DNA of 64,000 nt, taken from NCBI GenBank assembly GCA_965216565.1, contig OZ244170.1, forward strand, positions 1,728,001 to 1,792,000, written 5' to 3'. The stretch is from Bythopirellula sp. GTDB taxonomy: Bacteria > Planctomycetota > Planctomycetia > Pirellulales > Lacipirellulaceae. Position 1 is the first letter of the stretch. Each line of letters starts with the position of its first letter. The notes beneath the pieces were generated by a model. The model was not told the origin of the DNA and did not search any database. It saw only the letters and a list, made by a program, of their open reading frames with translations. The position numbers were made by a program, and so were the translations under genes. Shown one piece after another: positions 49,976-57,984 of this stretch.

Positions 49976-51514
49976 ATGTCTGTAATCGACCAAACAGCCA
50001 GTCAACTGCTCGATCAGCTCTCCAAGAGCAAACTCTCCTCGGTCGAGATCACGCAAAGCTATCTCGATCGGATCGCCGCCCACGACGAAACGGTCGGCGC
50101 ATTTTTGCATGTTTCCCCGGAATATGCCCTCGAACAAGCTGCGTCGATCGATGCCCGTCGCGCCAAGGGCGAACCGCTCGGCATGCTGGCAGGTTTGCCG
50201 GTGGCGGTAAAAGATGTGCTTTGCGATAGCCAAACAACTGCCACATGCGCCTCAAAGATGCTGGAGCAGTTCCGGCCACCCTACGACTCGACTGTCATCG
50301 CAAGGCTGAAAGCAGCCGACGCGGTGCTGATCGGCCGCACCAATATGGACGAGTTTGCCATGGGCGGGTCGACGGAAAACTCTGCCTATCAACTCACCAG
50401 AAATCCCTGGGACAAAGAGCGGGCCCCCGGCGGCTCGAGCGGTGGGGCGGCTGCCTGCGTGGCGGCCAGCATGGCACCTCTCTCCGTTGGTACCGATACG
50501 GGAGGATCTATCCGACAACCGGCTGGTCTCTGCGGTGTGGTCGGGCTCAAGCCTACCTATGGACGCGTCAGCCGATTCGGTCTCATTGCGTTTGCCAGTA
50601 GTCTCGATCAAGTCGGCCCCCTGGCCCACACGGTGTCTGACGCCGCATTGCTATTGGAATCGATTGCTGGTCACGATCCGCGTGATGCAACATCCCTCGA
50701 CAACGCCCCGCCAAGGTATACCGAGTCGATCGAACAACCCCTAGAGGGTTTGCGGCTGGGCATCGTCCGCGAACATTTTGCCGCGGGTCTCGACTCAGAA
50801 GTGGAGTCAGCCGTGCGCAAAGCGATTTCCGTTTACGAATCGCTCGGCGCGCAAGTTCAAGAAATATCCTTGCCTCACAGTAAGTACGCCGTCGCAACTT
50901 ATTATGTGATTGCCCCCAGCGAGGCCTCCAGCAACCTAGCTCGATACGATGGCGTGCATTACGGTTATCGCACTGACAGTGCTACGATGTTGGCGGAGTT
51001 AGAGAGCGAACGGAAAGAACTGGAAGCGAAGGGCGATCAGGAAGGGCTGGCGGCACTCGATACCAGCCTGGTGCGGATGTATCGGCGAACCCGAGCCGAA
51101 GGTTTTGGGCCCGAGGTAAAGCGGCGCATCATGCTCGGCACTTATGCCCTGAGTGCCGGCTATTACGATGCCTATTACCTGAAAGCCCTCAAGGTGCGGC
51201 GACTCATTCGCCAGGATTACGACGCCGCGTTCGACCAGGTCGACATGATTGTTGGCCCCGTCACCGCCGAGCCGGCATTCAAATTGGGAGAGCTCTCCGG
51301 CGATCCCCTTTCGATGTACCTGGTCGATCTCTACACAGTCAGCGCCAATCTCGCGGGGATCCCCGCGCTGAGCTTGCCCTGTGGGATCACCGACTCGGGC
51401 TTACCCATCGGCCTGCAATTGCAAGCACCGCCACTTGCAGAAGAGAAACTCTTGCGTTGCGGAAGAATGTACGAACGCGAAACCAACTGGCACACCAAAC
51501 GACCTGAGCTATAG
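49976..51514 (+). CDS. gatA: Asp/Glu-tRNA amidotransferase subunit A
   Basis: NMDEFAMG, PGGSSGG, GTDTGGSIRQPA, EASSNLARYDG, EVKRRIMLG. Confidence 0.97.
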   Translation: MSVIDQTASQLLDQLSKSKLSSVEITQSYLDRIAAHDETVGAFLHVSPEYALEQAASIDARRAKGEPLGMLAGLPVAVKDVLCDSQTTATCASKMLEQFRPPYDSTVIARLKAADAVLIGRTNMDEFAMGGSTENSAYQLTRNPWDKERAPGGSSGGAAACVAASMAPLSVGTDTGGSIRQPAGLCGVVGLKPTYGRVSRFGLIAFASSLDQVGPLAHTVSDAALLLESIAGHDPRDATSLDNAPPRYTESIEQPLEGLRLGIVREHFAAGLDSEVESAVRKAISVYESLGAQVQEISLPHSKYAVATYYVIAPSEASSNLARYDGVHYGYRTDSATMLAELESERKELEAKGDQEGLAALDTSLVRMYRRTRAEGFGPEVKRRIMLGTYALSAGYYDAYYLKALKVRRLIRQDYDAAFDQVDMIVGPVTAEPAFKLGELSGDPLSMYLVDLYTVSANLAGIPALSLPCGITDSGLPIGLQLQAPPLAEEKLLRCGRMYERETNWHTKRPEL

Positions 51515-51524
51515 AGAGCCTTAG

Positions 51525-51645
51525 GAACCACAAAGACACAAAGACACAAAGGACACGAAGAACGTTTTTTAAAGAAGAATAGTTTCAGAAATAGTTGAAA
51601 AGAATTCATCTTAAATTTTTCGTGTTCTTTGTGGCTTTGTGGTTC
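51525..51645. repeat. Inverted pair of ACACAAAG-type short tandem repeats flanking an AT-rich spacer
   Basis: GAACCACAAAGACACAAAGACACAAAGGACACGAA ... TTCGTGTTCTTTGTGGCTTTGTGGTTC. Confidence 0.85.
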
Positions 51646-51698
51646 AAAAGAATTAACGACATAATTTCGATCCGCGTCATTCGCGGGCCTTTTTAGAA

Positions 51699-53168
51699 AT
51701 GCCAAGTAACTACACCACCGTCATCGGCCTTGAGGTTCACGTGCAGCTTGCCACCGCGAGCAAGCTGTTTTGTGGGTGTAGTACGCAGTTTGGAGGCGAG
51801 CCCAACACCCAAACGTGTCCCATCTGCATCGGCATGCCGGGGACGTTGCCGGTGATGAATCGCGAGGCGTATGAGTTGTCGCTTAAGACGGCCGTAGCAC
51901 TGAACTGCAATATCCCCGAATTCACGAAGTGGGACCGCAAACAGTATTACTATCCCGACTTGCCCAAGGCGTATCAGATCAGCCAATACGATTTGCCAAT
52001 GTCGGAAAATGGCTACGTCGAAATTTCCGATAGCAAAGGCGAGTTCGAGCCGAAACGAGTGCGTCTGATTCGCGCCCACCTGGAAGAAGATGCCGGAAAA
52101 AGCGTTCACGACGAGGTGGCGGGCAAAGCCGACAGCGAAATCGACCTGAACCGCACCGGGACCCCGCTTTTGGAAATCGTTTCTGAACCGGATATGCGTA
52201 GCTCTGCCGAAGCGCGTGTTTTTCTGCAGGAACTGAAGTTGCTACTCACCTACATTGGTGTCTCTGATTGCAACATGCAGGAGGGGAGCCTACGGGTGGA
52301 TGCTAATGTCAATCTGCATGTGGAATCTGACGAGGGCACGATAGCCACGCCGATTGTCGAAATCAAAAACATGAATAGCTTCCGTGCCGTGGAGCGGGCC
52401 CTCGACTACGAAGCCCAGCGACAATGGCGTGTTTGGCAGGAAACCAAGCAGCGCATCGGCGAGGCGCCCAAGCAAACACGCGGCTGGGACGACGCGTCCG
52501 GCGTCACGCGGGGTCAACGCAGCAAAGAAGATTCGAGCGACTATCGCTACTTCCCCGACCCAGATCTGGTGCCCGTTCTCGCCACGACCGAGCAAGTCGA
52601 CGCGGTGCGCGTCTCCTTGCCGGAATTACCTGCTGCCCTGCGAAATCGGCTCACCAGCGAGCATGGGCTGAGTGACTACGATGCGGATGTGTTGGTGAAC
52701 CAGGGTCGCGAGTTGGTGGACTATTACTTCACGGTTGCTAAAGTGTCTGGCGACTCCAAGGCCGCCTGCAATTGGGTGACACAGGAAGTTTTACGAGAAT
52801 TAAAGGATGGCGAACAATCGATCCATCAATTCGCGATTCCCGCTGACAATCTCGGCGGCATGCTCCAAGCGATCGCTGCGGGGGAACTTCCCAAGGCCCG
52901 AGGCAAAGAAGCTTTTGAACTGATGCTGGCCGAAGGAATTGATGTGGCAGGCGCCATCGGAAAGCTAGGCATCGAGCAAGTCGACGAATCGGCCCTGGAA
53001 GCACTCTGTCAGCAATTGCTAGAGAAAAATCCCAAGGTGCTTGCCGATTTGAAGAACGGCAAACAACAAGCAGTCGGAGCCCTCATCGGTCAGGCGAAAA
53101 AGGAAAACCCCAACGTCGACCCCGGACGCGTGCGACAGATTTGCTTGGCGCTTGCTGAGAAAATGTAA
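51699..53168 (+). CDS. gatB: Asp/Glu-tRNA amidotransferase subunit B
   Basis: IGLEVHVQL, YYYPDLPKAYQISQ, HLEEDAGK, DLNRTGTPLLEIVSEP, DYRYFPDPDL. Confidence 0.97.
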   Translation: MPSNYTTVIGLEVHVQLATASKLFCGCSTQFGGEPNTQTCPICIGMPGTLPVMNREAYELSLKTAVALNCNIPEFTKWDRKQYYYPDLPKAYQISQYDLPMSENGYVEISDSKGEFEPKRVRLIRAHLEEDAGKSVHDEVAGKADSEIDLNRTGTPLLEIVSEPDMRSSAEARVFLQELKLLLTYIGVSDCNMQEGSLRVDANVNLHVESDEGTIATPIVEIKNMNSFRAVERALDYEAQRQWRVWQETKQRIGEAPKQTRGWDDASGVTRGQRSKEDSSDYRYFPDPDLVPVLATTEQVDAVRVSLPELPAALRNRLTSEHGLSDYDADVLVNQGRELVDYYFTVAKVSGDSKAACNWVTQEVLRELKDGEQSIHQFAIPADNLGGMLQAIAAGELPKARGKEAFELMLAEGIDVAGAIGKLGIEQVDESALEALCQQLLEKNPKVLADLKNGKQQAVGALIGQAKKENPNVDPGRVRQICLALAEKM

Positions 53169-53188
53169 TTCTCCGCCTACCATCTACC

Positions 53189-53968
53189 ATGCTCATCACG
53201 CTGACCACTGACTTTGGAGCGAGCAGTCCCTACGTGGCGGCGATGAAGGGCGTCATTTTGTCGATTAGTCCCAACGCGAAGATAGTCGACATCAGCCACA
53301 TTGTTCCTCCGCAGCAAGTGTTGGCGGGCGCGCAGATCCTAGACGAAACAACTCGCTATTTTCCGCCAGACACTCTGCACGTGGCAGTCATCGACCCTGG
53401 TGTAGGGACTTCGCGTAAAATCATCTATGCCGAAATTGGGGCTCAGCGCTATGTCTGCCCCGATAATGGACTACTGAGCCGTCTCAGTGAGAGGGACAGC
53501 CCCGCGAAGATCGTGGAAGTGGCGAATTCCAAGTACTTTCGCGAGAGCGTATCGTCGACATTTCATGGACGTGATATTATGGCCCCGGTGGCGGCCCACC
53601 TAAGCCTGGGAGTTCAGCCCGATGAACTCGGATCGCCACTTACGGAATTACGAACATTGAACTGGCCCGGAGTTGAGAAATTGGCAAACCGTATTCAGGG
53701 AGAGATCGTTGCCATCGACTCTTTCGGCAACCTCGTCACGAATATCACGCGCGAGATGCTTGCCGACGTACCGACTGACGAATCGGTGGCGGTTCGCTGC
53801 GATGGCCACGAAACGCATAGCATTTTCTCCACTTATGCCGAACAACCACCGATGACTTTGGTTGCTCTGATTGGCTCCAACGATCAATTGGAACTAGCAA
53901 TCGTCGATGACTCCGCCAAAATCATGCTCGGTGTCACGGTTGGTGCCGAAGTGGAAGTCTGTTGGTGA
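53189..53968 (+). CDS. DUF62 SAM hydroxide adenosyltransferase (SAM halogenase superfamily)
   Basis: ITLTTDFG, VIDPGVGTSR, PDNGLL, STFHGRD, IDSFGNLVTN. Confidence 0.9.
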   Translation: MLITLTTDFGASSPYVAAMKGVILSISPNAKIVDISHIVPPQQVLAGAQILDETTRYFPPDTLHVAVIDPGVGTSRKIIYAEIGAQRYVCPDNGLLSRLSERDSPAKIVEVANSKYFRESVSSTFHGRDIMAPVAAHLSLGVQPDELGSPLTELRTLNWPGVEKLANRIQGEIVAIDSFGNLVTNITREMLADVPTDESVAVRCDGHETHSIFSTYAEQPPMTLVALIGSNDQLELAIVDDSAKIMLGVTVGAEVEVCW

Positions 53969-53977
53969 TTGACGCCC

Positions 53978-55336
53978 ATGCCCACACACACTGAAATCAC
54001 CGAGTGGGACCGTCACCACTATTGGCATGCCTTCACCCAAATGGCCGAGTACGAGCCCCTTGTGATCGAACGCGCCGAGGGCGTGTGGCTCTACGATCTC
54101 GCGGGCAAACGCTACCTCGACGGCGTCAGTAGCATGTGGTGCAATTTATTTGGGCACCGCAATCCGAAAATCGACGCCGCCGTTCGGGACCAACTCGATC
54201 GGGTCGCCCACAACACCTCGCTTGGCATGGGCAACAGTACCACGGCAACACTTGCCCGGCGACTTGCAGAGTTGGCACCGGGCAATCTGGAACACGTTTT
54301 CTTTGCCAGCGACGGATCCTCGGCCATCGAAGCCGCGCTGAAGATGGCCTTTCAGTATTGGCACCAACGCGAGCAGCCTCGGCCAGAGAAGACCAAGTAT
54401 GTGGCGCTCGGCGAGGCCTATCACGGCGACACGTTGGGCAGCGCCAGCGTCGGCGGCATTCCGAGGTTTCACGCCTTGTTTTCACCGCTGCTCTTCGAGG
54501 TTATCCGTGCCCCGTCGCCAGGATTCAATAACGGTGCCGAAGCAAGCCTTACGCACCTGGAAGAAATCCTTGCCGAGCATCACCACGAAATCGCCGCGAT
54601 GGTACTCGAGCCACTCGTGCAAGCCGCGGCGGGAATTGTATTTCATCCACCCGGATATCTTGCTGGAGTTCGCGAATTGACGCGCAAATACGATGTGCTG
54701 TTGATCGCCGATGAGATCGTCACGGGCTTGGGGCGCACAGGAAATCTTTTCGCCTGCAATGCCGAGGAGGTGGTGCCCGATTTCCTCTGCCTGGGCAAGA
54801 GCCTCAGCGGTGGCTATCTGCCCCTCTCGGCGACGATCACCAATCCGGAAATCTTCAGCGGTTTCATGGGCACGGCCAGTAGCGGCCGCGCCTTGATGCA
54901 CGGTCATACCTTCGCTGGCAATCCCCTCGGCGCCGCGGCAGCGCATGCCACGCTCGACATTTTGGAGCAGGAAAAGATTCTAGAAAGACTACCAGAGAAA
55001 TTTGCAATCTTGGAAAAAATACTGAGTTGCCTGGCGGTCCACCCGCGTGTAGCCACGACTCGCCAAAAGGGCATGATCGCGGCCGTGGAACTTTCCCCGA
55101 CGGAAAACCCAGCCGACCGCTATCCACCCGAATTGCGAATTGCCTACTCTATCTGTGCTGAAACCCTAAGTCGCGGAGTTTGGCTCAGGCCGCTGGGCGA
55201 TGTCCTGGTGATCATGCCGCCCCTTTCGATTTCTGACGAGGAGCTAGAGTTTTTAGGCAACACGTTGCTAGAAGCCATCGATGTGGTAACAGGCTCGATC
55301 CAATCAAACCAACTCACATCCTCTGCCACCTCATAG
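53978..55336 (+). CDS. bioA: Adenosylmethionine-8-amino-7-oxononanoate aminotransferase
   Basis: WHAFTQM, DGVSSMWC, AYHGDT, IADEIVTGLGRTG, LGKSLSGGYLP, HGHTFAGNPL, WLRPLG. Confidence 0.9.
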   Translation: MPTHTEITEWDRHHYWHAFTQMAEYEPLVIERAEGVWLYDLAGKRYLDGVSSMWCNLFGHRNPKIDAAVRDQLDRVAHNTSLGMGNSTTATLARRLAELAPGNLEHVFFASDGSSAIEAALKMAFQYWHQREQPRPEKTKYVALGEAYHGDTLGSASVGGIPRFHALFSPLLFEVIRAPSPGFNNGAEASLTHLEEILAEHHHEIAAMVLEPLVQAAAGIVFHPPGYLAGVRELTRKYDVLLIADEIVTGLGRTGNLFACNAEEVVPDFLCLGKSLSGGYLPLSATITNPEIFSGFMGTASSGRALMHGHTFAGNPLGAAAAHATLDILEQEKILERLPEKFAILEKILSCLAVHPRVATTRQKGMIAAVELSPTENPADRYPPELRIAYSICAETLSRGVWLRPLGDVLVIMPPLSISDEELEFLGNTLLEAIDVVTGSIQSNQLTSSATS

Positions 55337-55344
55337 TTCCATCA

Positions 55345-56070
55345 ATGAAGAATCTCCGCTACCTACTGTTCCAGATCCGCGACGTCGATGATCCCATGCG
55401 AGAGCAGGAGGTTGCCACTTTTATCGAAGCCCTGGATTGCTCGCCCGAGCAACTGAAGACGTTCGATCTGTTGGCAGGAGTTCCAGACAAAGCTTTGCTC
55501 GATGAATTTGACGTGATACTCATCGGTGGCAGCGGCAATTATTCGGCAGCAGGCGAGAGCGCCTGGCTGGATCGAACTTTGGAAGGCCTGCGGCAATTGC
55601 ACGCGTTGCGAAAACCAACATTCGCCTCCTGCTGGGGATTTCAAGCCTTCGCACGGGCGGCAGGGGGTCGATGTATTCACGATCCCAAGCATGCCGAGCT
55701 AGGAACCATTGAGCTTCAACTCACCGAGGCCGGCCGAAGCGATCCGATCTTCGGAGAGCTCACCTCGCCCTTCTATGGACAAGCCGGGCACGAAGATCAT
55801 GTGGTCGAGCTTCCCCCCAATGCCATTTTACTGGCTTCTTCCGAGAGAGTGACCAATCAGGCATTCAAGTTTGCCGACGCACCCATCTACTGCACTCAAT
55901 TCCATCCAGAACTAGATTGCAAAGCGCTCGTCGGCAGGCTCGTCGCCTATCCGCAATACGTCGAGAGGATCGCCGGCATGAAGGTAGACGAATTCGTCGA
56001 TCAATGTCGCGATACGCCTGCAACCAGAAACCTACTGAAAAAGTTCTCTGCAATCGCGGCTTCCACGTGA
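55345..56070 (+). CDS. Class I glutamine amidotransferase-like protein
   Basis: IGGSG, SCWGFQ, QFHPE (Cys-His-Glu triad). Confidence 0.88.
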   Translation: MKNLRYLLFQIRDVDDPMREQEVATFIEALDCSPEQLKTFDLLAGVPDKALLDEFDVILIGGSGNYSAAGESAWLDRTLEGLRQLHALRKPTFASCWGFQAFARAAGGRCIHDPKHAELGTIELQLTEAGRSDPIFGELTSPFYGQAGHEDHVVELPPNAILLASSERVTNQAFKFADAPIYCTQFHPELDCKALVGRLVAYPQYVERIAGMKVDEFVDQCRDTPATRNLLKKFSAIAAST

Positions 56071-56147
56071 GCCGACGGCGCTAGCCGCGGGTCGAACACC
56101 TTGCAACGTTACCACTTATTCGACCCGCGGCTAGCGCCGTCGGCTCA
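56068..56147. repeat. Perfect 29-bp inverted repeat (REP doublet-like) between convergent genes
   Basis: TGAGCCGACGGCGCTAGCCGCGGGTCGAA (56068-96) / TTCGACCCGCGGCTAGCGCCGTCGGCTCA (56119-47). Confidence 0.9.
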
Positions 56148-56163
56148 TTCAAGGGTAACCTTC

Positions 56164-57564
56164 CTAGTAGCGAGGCTGCGGTTTGCGAGGGCGGAAGATG
56201 TCTGTTCCCTTGCCGGGACGATAAACGGCTGGGTCTTCCTTGGCGGAAACAAAGTCGTCCGCCTCGGCTCCCAGACCCAGCGAGACTGTTCGGTTGTCTG
56301 ACTTCCAACCGATCAACTCTAAGAAGTCGAGTAATGCGATAGGCTCGATCCCAAAGGTGTCTGCCTCTTTGCTCATCAGATCCCATGAGCGACGCATGTC
56401 TTGCTGGCGTGGTTCGTCGGGGAATTCACCCAGGATTAAGAATCGAGTGGTGATCGACATTTCGCCATCCATGGTGCCGTTGGGGCCCGGTACGGCATCA
56501 ATCTCGCCACCGTTAATGCGAATGACTGTCTTGAGTTTCTCCAGGTCGTCCCTGCCATCGCCATCCATATCGACAATACCTGTGATGGCATAAGCAACTT
56601 TTCGGCCGGGGCTCCAAACTTGGCTGTAGATCTTGTCACCTTCGACAATCGGATCGGTCGGTGTATCTGAAGTGATGCGTGCTTCGGCCATCTTGGGGCC
56701 TAGTAGACGCGTGACTTCCACCGTTGCTTTCTGGTCTGCCGTGAGCGCGTCGTCTTGCGACGAAGAGAAAATCGTAAAGGTCACCTGGGGCCGCAAGCCA
56801 TCCTTCTCACCCAGATTTATCCAGACGGTACCAGTGCGCTGATTCACCCAACGCACCTCTCCATCGGCTGGTTGCGCAAACGGATCGTCCTCGGGGATCC
56901 CCGTGCGGAGCACCGTGTTCACACGCTCCAGCTTCTTAGCCTGCTCGGTTAGCTCCTTCGCCTCGGCCGAGTGCTCGGCTACCGTTTCGTCGAAACGATT
57001 ACGCTGTTCATCGAGCTGCGAAGCGATCTCTTGATTTTTCGTCGAAATATCGCTGTACTGGGTTTCGAACTTATTTCTTTCGGATGCGGCATCGGCCTTT
57101 ACTTTTTTCAGTTCGGCGAGCGCTTCTTTGATTTGCTCGTCCTTTTCTTTTTCAGTCGCAAGGAGAGTTTGCTTCAGTTTCTTGAGCTGCTCTTTCGCCT
57201 CACCTTCGCTGAGCGAGAGCTTGCGATTTTCTTCAAAGATGTTTTGGAGAATCGTGCGATAGAATCGGCTGCTTTCTTCGAAAGTGCTGCCCCAGCGCTG
57301 CATGTCTTCCTCGAACGATTTTTCGATCGTCGCACTGGAGTCTGCCTCGGCATAACCCATCCAACGCTTGTAACGGTTGGCTTCTTCTTGGAGCTGACGC
57401 TGTGCTGACTGTGCTTCGCTGGAGCGCTGCTCTGCCGCGGTCGCCCTGGCGACTGCGGCTTTGCGATTGCTGTTCACCCAGACAAGCCCAGCCAGGGACA
57501 GTAAGAATGAAATCACCAGCGAGATGATAATGATCTGAAGCGTTTGATTCTCTTTAGTCGCCAT
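56164..57564 (-). CDS. Membrane-anchored coiled-coil protein with C-terminal beta-barrel and BRCT-like segments
   Basis: N-terminal TM; ~190-aa coiled coil; VWINLG..DGL...TF.I; AITG..D.DGDG..D...L...I..NGG.I......TRFLILG. Confidence 0.7.
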   Translation of the reverse strand: MATKENQTLQIIIISLVISFLLSLAGLVWVNSNRKAAVARATAAEQRSSEAQSAQRQLQEEANRYKRWMGYAEADSSATIEKSFEEDMQRWGSTFEESSRFYRTILQNIFEENRKLSLSEGEAKEQLKKLKQTLLATEKEKDEQIKEALAELKKVKADAASERNKFETQYSDISTKNQEIASQLDEQRNRFDETVAEHSAEAKELTEQAKKLERVNTVLRTGIPEDDPFAQPADGEVRWVNQRTGTVWINLGEKDGLRPQVTFTIFSSSQDDALTADQKATVEVTRLLGPKMAEARITSDTPTDPIVEGDKIYSQVWSPGRKVAYAITGIVDMDGDGRDDLEKLKTVIRINGGEIDAVPGPNGTMDGEMSITTRFLILGEFPDEPRQQDMRRSWDLMSKEADTFGIEPIALLDFLELIGWKSDNRTVSLGLGAEADDFVSAKEDPAVYRPGKGTDIFRPRKPQPRY

Positions 57565-57984
57565 CTGTTCTCTCGTTACCCAAACTTGTCCGCTAGGGGC
57601 GGTTCGTGACGAATCAGGATCAGTCTTACGAAGTAGAGTCCTGAAAGTGCCAAGTCGATATTGGTCAATTCAGTAATTGTATCCACTTCGCCTAGACCGG
57701 GGCCAAGAGCTGCGTAGGGATTCCGAGCACAACTTCCACAAAACGCCGCCAATCGCCCTAAGTCGAGCTTAATTAGGGGATTAGAGCATGTCAACAAATC
57801 TACTCGGACACAGCGGGGCCTCCCGTCGCCCCTACGTGATACGCCAGCGTCATAATCGGACCTTTGGAATCTACGCAGCATCCCTACCGAGCTCAGACGC
57901 CTTGATAGCCTACGCCAGTACGGTTTCAATACAGTTTCTGCAATTCGCCATGCTGGCGAGGCAGTCTATCACGGCGGAGCACCT

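Noticed and set aside
53189..53968. Fluorinase/chlorinase (halogenase)
   Set aside because: It retains the Asp-Arg-His pattern of DUF62 hydrolases and has no secondary-metabolite gene context.
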